64,000 bases of DNA from Squalus acanthias (taxonomy: Eukaryota). The DNA lies in the NCBI GenBank assembly GCA_030390025.1, contig CM059432.1, positions 29,142,001-29,206,000 on the forward strand, in the 5' to 3' direction. Of the stretch, positions 1 to 12,395 are shown in pieces (within the stretch, counting starts at the first letter, position 1; each line of letters begins with the position of its first letter). The translations under genes were made by a program, and so were the position numbers. The notes beneath the pieces were generated by a model. That model was not told the DNA's origin. It did no database searches and saw only the letters and a program-made list of their open reading frames with translations.

Positions 1-754
1 CCATATTTCAACTTCAAATCACCATTGTGGTTTTGATATTCTGAACCAGCATTTCAGGTTAGGGTATTTAGGGGGGAAAAAACACACTTTTACTTAGACG
101 TTTAGGATTATTTCTTTTTTCTCTTTGTTTTCCCTAATGCTCTGAAAGTACATGATTCCTGTAGGGATCAGGCGTTTATTTGTGGGGAAATTGATTGTGG
201 AGTGTGGCACCTCTGGGGCCCTATGCTGCAGTCAGTCACAGCACCGAGGAAACGCGCAGGCCAATTCATCACCCTGTCAAATCCGTGACAGCTCTTCATA
301 AATACACCACAATGAGCCACGCAGCCAGCTCAATAGCACGAAAGCAGCCCTCATCCCAAGCAATTTAGTAACTTTCGAGTTTTCTGCAGAAGAAAATCGA
401 GAGATAGAGCAAGAGTGTGTGAGTGAGTGAGTGTGAGCAAGCTCCAGCCACAGTCTCATTCACAGATTCGCAAGAGGAAATAGGGCTTTTCTTTTAAAAG
501 AGACGTAATTATGATACAAATGGTTTATTGTTGAAACTGCCACCAAAACATGCTGGGGAAAAACTGAAACTGGTTACTTGTATATCCTGGAGTTTTTATT
601 AGAATTTTCCTGTCCTCGTTTTGATTGAACTCTCATTTCCTGAATTTCTTTTGGTATTTTGTACACTTATTTTTTACAAATTTTTATTTTTCTTCTGTCC
701 CTGTCTCACTCTTTTTCTCTCATTTTACCTGCAACATCTGTCTCTTTTGCTCTA

Positions 755-1392
755 GAAACACAGAAACATAGAAAAATGGGAGCAGGAGTAGGCCATTCAG
801 CCCTTCGAGCCTGCTCCGCCATTCAATATGATCATGGCTGATCCTCTATCTCAATACCATATTCCCGCTCTCTCCCCATACCTCTTGATGCCTTTTGTGT
901 CTAGAAATCTATCTATCTCCCTCTTAAGTATATTCAGTGAATTGGCTTCCACAACCTCTGTGGTAGAGAATTCCACAGGTTCACCACCCTCTGAGTGAAG
1001 AAATTTCTCCTCATCTCAGTCCTAAATGTCCTACCCCATATTCTGAGATTGTGACCCCTCGTTCTAGACCCCCGAGCCAGGGGAAACATCCTCTCTGCAT
1101 CCAGTCTGTCTAGCCCTGTCAGAATTTTATACGTTTCAATGAGATCCCCTCTCATTTTTCTAAACTCCAGTGAATACAGGCCTAGTCGACCCAATCTCTC
1201 CTCATATGACAGTCCTGCCATCCCAGGAATCAGTCTGGTGAACCTTCGCTGCACTCCCTCTATGGCAAGTATATCCTTTCTTAGGGAAGGAGACCAAAAC
1301 TGCACACAGTACTCCAGGTGTGGTCTCACCAAGGCCCTGTATAACTGTAGTAAGACATCCTTGCTCCTGTACACAAATCCTCTTGCAATGAA
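755..1392 (-). mobile_element. CR1-type LINE 3' fragment (end of ORF2 plus 3' tail)
   Basis: Translation RPHLEYCVQFWSP...LERLGLYSLE-like...RNFFTQRVVNLWNSLP; HER1/HE1-like tail and short terminal repeat near 755-830. Confidence 0.9.
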
Positions 1393-2832
1393 GAGGAGTC
1401 CAGAAGTAAGTTCCTCTTTATTTTTGTGGGCCAGGAGGAGCAGGAGTGCTCCTCCAGTCTCCATAAGACCAGCCCGAGTCGCTGGCGTTCCGGCTCCCCC
1501 ATTCAGACATTGGGGCCCACCCCACAAGGACCTACCTTCTTTGGGCTCGGGGGCTGGCAATGCCGCCCGATATCTCAACGGCTCAGAGCCGGCAGGACTA
1601 AACCTGGGGCACTCAATCTCTGGCTACAGACCACTGTCTCAATGCTAATGAGGCCCGGCCCTTAAAATAGACCAGGACTACTGGGCAACCAACCAATGCG
1701 TTCCTCTAGCCAGTTGCCTGAAGTCCACTCAGTGGAAAATCCACCCAGAATTTCTTTAATAAAAGTGAGCACTCTATAAAGACTCAGTCAGACCCCTTCA
1801 AAGAGATGCCCTATTTGTTCCCTTTAAATAGCAGCATACTCTCTGCTTGGTGAAGGGAGTGAGAGTGTTCTAAAGGTGAGAGCATTGCAGAACAGATGAT
1901 CCCCTACCATGAAAGGAAAAGAAGTGTGTTCAAACCCATCTAGCCCTTGTCCCTCGCACATACATAGAGGCTTTCTAGAGTCTCCCATTCCAGTTCAGTA
2001 GGGGCAGTGGTGGGAATTGTTATGGTGGTGGAAGTATGCAGTCTTTGTTATGGACAGGATATGGGGTGGTTAAGGTAGCAAACCGTTTTTTTCAACCTGA
2101 GACAAGTGGCTGGGGAGGGAGATGGATTCAGTGGCAATGGTACAGAGTTTGTAGCAGAGGCTGAAGATGATGGCTTTGGTCAGCCTAAAGTTTAGCTGGA
2201 GGAAAACGCTGATCGTCCAAGACAAGCAGCCTGACAGCACAGAGGCAATGGAGGGGTCGAGCGAGGTAGTGGAAAGGTAGAGCTGGGTGTCATCAGCATA
2301 TATCTCTGCAGTTGATGTCACCAAGGAGGCAACATGTAAATGCAGAAAAAGAAAGGGCCAAGGATAGATCCTTGGGGTTTTTGGAGATAATGGTGTGGGG
2401 GGTAGGTGGGGATGTGGAAGAGAAAGCACTGTTGGAGATGCACTGGCTATGATTAGTTAGATAAGATTCACTAATGTCCTTTAGGGAAGAAAAGGAAATG
2501 ATCCTTACCTGGCCTGGTCTGTATGTGACTCCAGACCCACAGCAATGTGGTTGACTCTTAACTGGCCTCTGAAATGGCCTAGAAAGCCACTCACGCTACA
2601 AAGAAATATACTCACTATAGAAGTACCTTCACCACATGGACTGCAGCGGTTCAAGAAGGCGGCTCACCACCACCTTCTCAAAGGAAATTAGGGAAGGACA
2701 ATAAATGCTGGTCTTGCCAGCGATGCCCACATCCCATGAACAAATTAAAAAGAAGATTGAAGCAAGCAAGCACAGTCTTACTGGATAATGGAAGAGAGGT
2801 TGGAGGACGATGGTGTGGTCGACCATGCCAAA

Positions 2833-4547
2833 GAACATAAGAACATAAGAAATAGGAGCAGGAGTAGGCCATTCGGCCCTTCGATCTGCTCCGCCATTCA
2901 ATGAGATCATGGCTGATCTTCTGCCTCAACTCCATTCACCGGCCCTATCGCCATATCCTTTGATGCCCTTACTAGTCAGAAATCTATCAACTTCTGTTTT
3001 GAATATACCAAATGACTGAGCCTCCACAGCCCTCTGGGGTAGAGAATTCCAAAGATTCACCACCCTCTGTGTGAAGAAATTTCTTCTCATCTCAGTCCTG
3101 AATGGCCTACCCTTTATCCTGAGGCTGTAGCCCCTGGTTCTAGACTCCCCAGCCAAGGGAAACATTCTCCCAGCATCCACCCTATCAAGCCCTGTAATAA
3201 TTTTGTATGCTTCAATGAGATCCCCTCTCATTCTTCTGAATTCAAGAGAATACAGGCCTAGTTTACTCAATCTCTTCTCATACGACAGTCCCGCCATCCC
3301 AGGAATCAATCTCGTGAACCTTCGTTGCACTCCCTCTATGGCAAGTATATCCTTCCTTAGGTAAGGAGACCAAAATTGTACACAGTACTCCAGGTGTGGT
3401 CTCACCAAGGCCCTATATAATTGGAGTAAGACTTCTTTACTCCTGTACTCAAATCCTCTTGTAATGAAGGCCAGCATACCATTTGCCTTCCTAATGGCTT
3501 GCTACACCTGCACATTCACTTTCAGTGACTCATGTACAAGGACACCCAGGTCCCTTTGAGCATCTGCATTCCCCAATCTTTCACCATTTAGGAAATACTC
3601 TGCCTTTCTGTTTTTTCTACCAAAGTGGATAACTTCACATTACCCACATTATATTCCATTTACCATGTGCTCGCCCACTCACTGAGCCTGTTGAGATCCC
3701 CTTGAAACCTCTTCACATTCTCTTCACAACTGACACTGCCACCTAGCTTTGTATCATCAGCAAATTTGGAAATGTTACATTTAGTCCCCTCATCTAAATT
3801 ATTGATATAGATTGTGAATAGCTGGGGCCCAAGCACCGATCCTTGCGGTACCCCACTAGTCACAGCCTGCCATCCTGAAAAAGACCCGTTTATCCCTACT
3901 CTTTGTTTTCTGTCTGTTAACCAATTCTCAATCCATGCTAGTATATTACCCCCAATTCCAGGTGCCCTAATTTTGTTCACCAATCTCTTGTGTGGGACCT
4001 TATCGAAGGCCTTCTGAAAATCCAAATACACCACATCTACCGGTTCCCCTTTGTCTACTCCACTAGTTGCATCCTCAAAGAACTCCAATTGGTTTGTCAA
4101 ACAGGATTTCCCTTTCATAAATCCATGTTGACTCTGCCCAATCTTTCAATTAGTTTCTAAGTGCCCAGTTATTGCATCCTTTATAATAGATTCCAGCATT
4201 TTCTCAACTACTGATGTGAGGCTAACAGGTCTGTAGTTCCCCGTTTTCGCTCTCCCTCCTTTCTTAAATAGCGGGGTTACATTTGCTATCCTCCAATCTG
4301 CAGGAACCATTCCAGAATCTATAGAATTTTGGAAGATGACAACCAATGCGTCCACTATCCCAATGGCCACCTCTTTCAAAACCCTAGGATGTAGGTCATC
4401 CGGTCCTTGAGATTTATCGACTTTTAGTCCCATTAATTTTGTTAGTATTGTTTTTTTACTAAGAATAATTTCTTTAAGTTCTTCATTCTCGCCACACCCT
4501 TGGTTTTCTCGTATTTCTGGGAGGTTTTTTGTGTCTTCCTCCGTGAA
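2833..4547 (-). mobile_element. CR1 LINE, 5'-truncated, RT domain to 3' tail
   Basis: ORFs 4146..4547, 3660..4118 and 2926..3477 carry [21 protein letters not shown] and KFADDTKL; (AACATAAG)n tail at 2833. Confidence 0.92.
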
Positions 4548-4879
4548 AGGCAGCAGAGAGGTTGAAAAGGATGAGGAGGGATAGTGCGCCATGGTCACAG
4601 TCACAGAGAATGAATTTTGTGACTTTGGAAGGGGCTGTTTTGGTTCTGTGGAAGGGGTAGAAATCTGATTAGTGAGATTCAGACAGTTGTGGGGAAGATG
4701 GGCACAGATTTGGGAGGCAACACCAAAAAATGTTCCCGTTAAGCTGCGGGGCCGCGCGGCCACACTGCAATCTGGAGGTCCCGCGCAGGCCGCTCAATGG
4801 CGTTACAATGGAAAAACCACGCATGTGCAAAAATTTGAATGGGCTGCGCACCCAAAAAAAATTAGGGGAAACATTGGCG

Positions 4880-5280
4880 ACAACATTAGAATAAGGGGCT
4901 GCTCTTTCAAAACTGAGATGAGGAGAAACTTCTTCACTCAGAGGGTAGTAGGTCTGTGGAATTTGCTGCCCCAGGAAGCTGTGGCAGCTACATCATTAAA
5001 TGAATTTAAAACAGAAATAGACAGTTTCCTAGAAGTAAAGGGAATTAGGGGTTACGGGGAGCGGGCAGGACATTGGACATGAGGCTCAGTTCGGATCGGT
5101 CGAGGCCCTGTGGGTGGCGTAGCGGGCCCAGGGGCTGAGTGGCCGGATCCTGCTCCTACTTCTTGTGTTCTTTAGATTTGAGGTGAGGATCAGATCAGCC
5201 ATGATCTTATTGAATGGCGGAGCAGGCTCGAAGGGCCGATTGGCCTACTCCTGCTCCTATTTCTTATGTTCTTATGTTCT
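4880..5280 (+). mobile_element. CR1 3' end fragment
   Basis: RRNFFTQRVVGLWN translation; tail ending (TTCTTATG)n. Confidence 0.8.
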
Positions 5281-5559
5281 TAACATGTTTAAAGCCTTTG
5301 GAGAAAAAAGGGAGGTTGGAGAGAGGATGGTAGTTTACAAAGATAGAGGGGTTGATGGAGGTTTTTTTTGAGAAAGCAGATAATAACAGCAGTTCTGAAA
5401 GGGAATGGGAACAGTGCCTGAGCAGAGGGAACCAATTACAGTGCCAGCTGGCATGGGGGCAGGAAGGAAAGTTGGGTGGTCAGCAGTTTAGGAGGAATGG
5501 AGTCAAAGGAGCAGGAGCTGGGTTTTATGGACAGATGAACTTGGACAACTGTCCCACAG

Positions 5560-8265
5560 ACTAGTCAAACAACATACCTATCACTCAATGTCTCAGACTC
5601 CTCCATCACCATCACTGGGTATGTCCTGTCCCACTGGCAGGATGACCCACCAGAGGTAGGAGTGGCCCTGGGAGTCTTAAACATTGACTCCAATCTCCAA
5701 GTCTCATAGCTTCAGGTCAAAAATCTGCTGATTACTACCTACCACTGTCCCTCAGCTGATGGATCAGTACCGCTCCATGTTGAACACCGCTTAGGTGAAG
5801 CACTGGGGGTAGCAAGGGCACAGAATATACTCAGGGTGGGGAACTTCAATGCCCATCGCCAAGTGTAGCTTGGTAGTACCACCACTGACTAAACTGGCTG
5901 AGTCCTGAAGAGCATAGCTGCCAGACTGGGCCTGCAGTAGGTGATGAGAGAACCAATATGAGGGAAAAACCTACTTGACCTCGTCCTCACCAATCTATCT
6001 GTCGCAGATTCATCTGTCCATGACATTATTGGTAGGAGTGACCAGCATACAGTCCTTGTGTAGACCAAGTCCCATGTTCACACTGAGGACACCCTCTATC
6101 GTGTCATGTAGCACTACCACCGTGCTAAGTGGGGTAGATAAAGAACAGATCTAGCATCTCAAAACTGGGCATCCATGAGGCTCTGTGGGCCATTAGCAGC
6201 AGCAGAACTGTATTCCACCACAATCTGTAATTTCATGGCACGGCATATACCTCAATTATCATCACTATCCAGCCAGATGATCAACCCTGGTTCAATGAGA
6301 AGTGTAGAAGAGCATACCAGGAGCAGCACCAAGCTTATCTGAAAATGAGGGGCCAATCTGGTGAAGCTACAATACAGGATTACATGCTTGCTAAACAGTG
6401 GAAGCAGTATGCTATAGACAGAGCTAAGCGATTCCCACAACTATTTGATCAGATCAAAGCACTGCAGTCCTGCCACATCTAGTCGCGAATAGTGATGGAC
6501 AATTAAGCAACTAACAGGAGGAGGAGGGTCTAGGAACATCCCCATCCTCGATGATGGTGGAGCCCAGCACGTGAGTGCAAAAGACAAGGCTGATGTGTTT
6601 GCAACCATCTTCAGTCAGAAATGATGAGTAGATGATCCTTCTCAACCTCCTCCTGAGGTCTCCACCATCACAGAAACCAGTCTTCAGCCAATTCGATTCA
6701 CTCCACATGATGTCAAGAAATGGCTGAGTGCACTGGATACAGCAAAGGCTACAGGTCCCAACAACATCCTGGTTGTAGTGTTGATGATCTGTGATCCATA
6801 ACTAATTGTCCCTCTAGTCAAGCTGTTCCAATACAGTTACAACACTGACATTGACCTGACAATGTGGAAAATTGCCCAGATATGTCTTGTCCACAAAAAG
6901 CAGGAGAAATCCAACTTGGCCAATTACTGCCCTATCAGTCTACTCTCAATCATCAGCAAAGTGATGGAAGGTGTCATTGACAGTGCTATCAAGCAGCACT
7001 TACTCACCAATAACCTGCTCATCAATGCTCAGTTTGGGTTCTGCCAGGACCACTTGGCTCCAGGCCTCATTAGAGCCTTGATACAAACATGACAAAAGAG
7101 CTGAATTCCAGAGGTGAGGTGAGAGTGACTGCCCTTGACATCAAGGAAGCATTCGACTGAGTGTGGCACCAAGGAGGCCTAGTAAAATTGAAGTCAATGG
7201 GAATCAAGGGAAAACTCTCCACTGGCTGGAGTCATACCTAGCACAAAGGAAGATAGTTGTGGTAGTTGGAGATCAATCATCTCCGCCCCAGGACATCACT
7301 GCAGGAGTTCCTCAGTGCAGCATCCTAGGCCAAATTATCTTCAGCTGCTTCATCAATGACCTTCCCTCCATTATAAGGTCAAAAGTGGGACTGTTCATTG
7401 ATGATTGTACAGTGTTCTGCACCTTTCATAATTCACCAGATAATGAAACGTCCATGCCTACAAGCAACAAGACCTGAACAATATCCAGGCTTGGGCTAAT
7501 AATTGGCAAGTAACATTCACACCACACAAGTGCCAGGCAATGACCATTTCCAACAAGAGTGAGCATAACCACCTCCCCATGACATTAAATGGCATTTCCA
7601 TTGCCACATTCCCTACCATCAATATTCTGTGGGTCGCCACTGACTAGAAACTCAACTGGAATAGCCACATAAATGCCGTGGCTACTAGAACAACTCTGAG
7701 GCTGGGTATTCTGCAGCGGGTAGCTCACCTCCTGACTCCCCAATGCCTCTCCACCACCTGCAAGACACAAGTCAGGAGTGTGACGGAATACTCTCCACTT
7801 GCCTGGATGGGTGCAGCTGCAACAACACTCAAGAAGCTCGACACATCCAGGAAAAAGCAGTCCACTTGATCGGCAACCAATCCACCAGCTTTAACATCCA
7901 CTCCTTCCACCACCGGCACACCGTGGCTGTAGTGTTTATTATCTACAGGATGCACTGCAGCAAGTTGCCAAGGTTTCTTTGGCAACACCTCCCAAACCTG
8001 CGACTTCCACCACATAGAAGGACAAGGACAGCAGGCGCGTGGGAACACCACCACCTCCAAGGTCCCCTCCAAGTCACACACCATTCTGACTTGGACATAT
8101 ATCATCATTCCATCATTGTCAGTAGGTTAAAATTCTGTAACTCCTTGCCTAACTGCATTGTTGGAGTACCTTCACCACAGGGAGTGCAACTGTTCAAGAA
8201 CAAGGCTCACCACCACCTTCTCAAGAGCAACTAAGGATGGGCAATAAATGTTGGCCTTGCTAGTA
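5560..8265 (+). mobile_element. Second non-LTR LINE family ('family B'), decayed endonuclease and RT to 3' end
   Basis: NYCPISLLSIISKVME and AGVPQCSILG...FINDLP fragments; same 3' tail (CACCACCTTCTCAAG...GGGCAATAAATG) as copies at 2630-2745, 26905-28765 and 35920-37680. Confidence 0.85.
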
Positions 8266-10222
8266 CCCATTCTGTTCTCTTCCCACCATTCCCTCATCTC
8301 ATCTCCTGCCCCCCTCCTTCTCCCACCCTCGTCCTCACTTCCCTGACACATCACAACCCTGGCTGATCTGCTTTTTCAATCTTCCCTTCCTCGCCTTCCA
8401 CAGATCCATGATGGAGATTATCGACCATCGGTAGATCTGGTAATGCCATGAGGTGGAGCTGCTTGTTTTTCGAAGAGGAAACACAGAGCATTGAAACAGA
8501 AGAGGCACTTGCCGTTCCTTTGAACTTTCTGTGAAAGGCTAGTCGCGTAGGCAGCATAAAATATGGATTAAAAGGACCACTCACTCGCACGGATGCATCA
8601 AAGAGGAAAAAGTAGCTCAGGAGAAAATAAATAAAACATGGAAGACAACCCCCTCGATGGACTACTTAGGGGGAGTTTATTTATCACTGTCGGCATTGAG
8701 CAAGTTCTTGAGCTGTCAGAGTGGGAGGGCAGACAATGAGATGCATTCATTGATGAATGAGGCACATTGAGGGGTGGGGCCCCTGGGACCCTGATCCCAG
8801 CGTGGGACTTTCCATTTTATTGCTGTCCTATAGCGAATTCAACCAAACCCAAGAGTTTTTCTTATTTCAGCACACTCCTGCTGGAGAATCACGCTGAAGT
8901 TAACCATGTGTCTGATTCAGCTGCAGCTCAAAGCTGACAAGCTCAATCCTGTTTTCTTTTGTGCTGTGGGGCTCGCGTGTGTTTTGCACTGAGAGGTCAT
9001 TATTCATTGACACCTGGTGCTGTGTGCCTGGCTTTGGTGTCGGTTTGCATGCAGGAGCACATTACTATCAACTGAGTGAGTTGACTGTCGTGGAAGAGCT
9101 TTTATTTGAGAAAAGGACAAACTGTGCTGAGAATGGAGACATCAGTCTTTAAGCTCAAATTGATACAATAGTGGTTGTATTCCATGCAAATACCTCTCCT
9201 CCGTGATGTGTGCATAAGAAGTGTACAACACGTGTCCCCTTTATAACACGACGTATTCTGCACTTGTTTCTGTTATCATTACAGCAGTATTTTAATGCAC
9301 TGTCTTTTAAATGGGATATGTTCATAAGAAAGCATGGAACAAGAAACTGTCATTAGGGCATCTACAGACTATGTAGAGTTCGCTCTGTCATGGGTTGTGC
9401 CCAATCAATGTAAGCCTTAGGCTGCCGGCAGATTCATGGAATGGCATGCATCATGAGCCAACCGATTTTTTAAAGGCTTTCTATTAACAAAATAGTATTA
9501 AATTGGAACTGACTATTACAATAATTTCCTGGCTGGCTTCCTATCTTCCACACTGCATGCAAAACTCTGCTCTAACTCGCACCATTGTAAGCTTTTTATT
9601 TCGACTGGCATTAAATTGACAGCAAGACCAATTCTTTTGAAACAATTTGGAATAAGTTTATTGAACACACACACTCATGCAAGTTTATTAAACACACACA
9701 CTCATGCACATCAAAACAATAGCCTACTGGTATTTATGGACTCTACTCGATTACAACTTGTAAGGCAATGGGTTAGATTTACACAGACTGGTACTTCCCT
9801 GAGTTAAGCAATGCATGCGGCCTATTTCCTTGCTTCTTGGTCTGGTCTGTAGAGGGAGGGTTTCTTGTTCTTCCGCGTGGTCGTCCAGAGAGAGAGAGCC
9901 TTTGGTTCCTTGTTTTTATATCTTTTTAAAGTCCATTGTCTTCTAGTTTAAATTCTTAAGACGCCACGATTGAGTCTTAGATTCATGGCAGTTCTTGATT
10001 GGCTTTCCTTTGAACATGTGTCTGTCTGCAATGGCTGGTGTCATTTCTTGCTTAAGTTAATTGTTTGTTGACACCTTTTAGTGGTTCTTGAGTTTCGATG
10101 GTGAGTTTCGATGGTGTCTCTGGGGGGGGTTATCCTGTTATGCAGGTTTCCTTTGTTAAGTTTCACGCCGTTGCCTTACCCAGGGGAGATCCATACACAT
10201 TAAATTTATCTTTATTACATAT

Positions 10223-11945
10223 TGTAAGGGATTCCTGACCCTGCGTGTCTCGTGGCCTGTGAGATTCACGCGGCTCTGTGCAGCCTGTATGTCAGTGCGG
10301 GTCTAGGCCTTGCTGCCTGTTCTGGTCTCCAGCCAGTCTGGGAACACTAGACACACCTGTGAGTGGTTCGAATCACTCTCCCTTACGGTTCTAGACACTG
10401 GACTTAGATGCGAGAGCAGTAATGGAGATAAAACTCATGTAGACTTGGTTTGAATGGTACGAAATGGAAAATCTTTATTGCATGATACTTAAAATTATGA
10501 AATACATGTCATAAGCACAGATTAATGACAGTACAATCTTACAAACAGTTATGTAGTCGATCTTAGGGAAACGAGGAACGAACGGCACAAAGTAAATAGG
10601 GGCACACATTACAAATATCCTGAATCCTTAAACCCTCCCCTATCAATATCTATCCTAAACTAGATTCGTAGGATCTCGAGACTCATGCTCACCACTCGTG
10701 ATAACTCGGAGAAATTCCGAATAGCTGATCGGATGTTTTTCACCGCAGCACCCACGTGTCGGTCAGGAGATCTCCTGGTCCCACTTGTTTACTTGCTTCT
10801 GCTGCTCCGGCTAGCAGGCTGGACCGTCTGCTGTGATGAAGACCTGTGTTGGTTGGCTTAACAGGTACTCTTCGAACACAGTTGTCAATATCGTCGATAC
10901 GATATGTTTTCACGTTCCAGTTACTTTGGGCACAGTCCAGTTATCATCGATGCAATATGTTTCGTTGCAAGTTCAAAAGAGAAATCTTCCTGGCGAGGAA
11001 AACTTGGCTAATCGACCTACAGGCGCAGTCGGGATTTACTGACCGTGGCGATGGATATGGTCTTCCTCTCTTCTCATCTCATCTCATCTCATCTCATCTC
11101 ATCTCGGGCCTTCGGTTCCGCTGCCAGTTACCAACATAGGTCTTCGTTACGCGACACGAGGTAGATCCGAACGGATCAGAAAATGCAACAGTCTTTTCAG
11201 AAGAGGCAACAGGCAAGCAGAAGCCCAACTACGAGTACACAGGAGCAGCCACGAGGTTACGAATCGACCGGATAAAAGCACAGGAGCCAGCGAGCAAGAG
11301 CAAGAGCGAGAGAGTGAATGGGCGGTTTGGAGCCTGCAATTATAGTGCAAAATCTTCCGTTTCCCGCCCAACTATAATGTCCATTCTTTTGTTTAGGGTT
11401 TGGCGCCCAAATGTCTTGTATGGGTGATCTCCGTTCTTAATGGGTTTCGGGGCTACTCGTAAATGTCTGAGTACCTGTTAATATTTCTCCCATTGTTAAA
11501 TCGGTCGGTGTTCTCCCTGGAGGGGTTTGGGGCTTCCAAGTGTCCTGTATAACTACCTGCTAACGGCTCTCTCATCGTAGAGTCGTTGGGATTTTACATA
11601 TTAATGTCTTTTGGATGGGCCCTTGATTACTCGGTACAAAGGCTTTCCTTTGTACCTGGGAGACCGATTCCAGTATCTATGTTTATACTGCAAACCCATA
11701 ATGTCTCGTGTATTATCTTCACTGTGCTGAATCTTAATCGATCTTGCACAAATGTTTATTGGAACGCCATCTTGTCTGCCTGTTGAAGAGTCTAGAATGT
11801 TCTGTCACGAGGTGCGGCGGCCATTTTACAGGCTGCTTGTGTCCACTTTAAACCTGCCAGCATTCTGCTGAAAATAAAAGCTGTTTGAACGAAACTCTGT
11901 GTTTTCTCCTTATTAACAAAATCGCGATATATTGCGAATTCTACA
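10223..11945 (-). repeat. 3' LTR of the provirus
   Basis: Direct repeat of 17962-19684 (offset 7739); minus-strand AATAAA at 10474-10479; (ATCTC)n microsatellite at about 11072-11105. Confidence 0.97.
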
Positions 11946-11955
11946 GTCCCTCCTG
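11946..11955 (-). promoter_or_regulatory. Polypurine tract (short)
   Basis: Minus strand CAGGAGGGAC directly abuts the 3' LTR start TGTAG. Confidence 0.7.
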
Positions 11956-12395
11956 TTGATGCGAATAACTCCGCTTATCGTATCAAAAATCATAGTGGTG
12001 AGCAATATTATCTCGATTTCTCTCCGAATCCAGTAAATTAATCCCATAATTTTAAATTAGCTAGGGTCTCTGTGTCGTCCTCATTTCCCAAGAAGATTAC
12101 ATTTTATATCACCGTAGGCATTATTTGCCCTTAAACTTACACCACTTGTTTTCCTTCCCGGCGTAACCAGGCCGATGCCTCTCGTATCACCTGTATATTC
12201 ATCTTTTATTCAGGGAAAGGAGAAACAAAACCCAAAACCAAACAATCATTTTTAACTGTAACACCATCACCAAAATAATCAACACCAACTCTTAAAACAT
12301 GTCGAGTTCCCAACGTATTTACAATCTCTGAAAATCATGATTGAGTACAAACTTCCGTGGTGCACGTGGCGAGCGGGAGTGACGCCATTTTCCGA

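Larger units (their letters stand above)
2010..5545 (-). mobile_element. Old L2-like LINE broken into pieces (about 2010-2465, 2751-2832, 4548-4722, 5281-5545) by younger insertions
   Basis: YADDTQLYLS motif in ORF 2070..2429; purine-rich L2-like segments resume after each inserted element; boundaries approximate. Confidence 0.6.

Noticed and set aside
4729..4875. Small GC-rich insert with AATGTTCCC / GGGAAACATT ends (possible hAT MITE); similar fragments at 1393-1746 and 46120-46385
   Set aside because: No TSD could be established and the boundaries are uncertain, so they were not called as features
10833..11786. Short ORFs in the LTRs as accessory genes (foamy-virus-like, given the LTR length)
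   Set aside because: All are under 100 aa, mostly antisense with non-ATG starts, one runs through a microsatellite; the CCHC Gag and Arg PBS are not foamy-like
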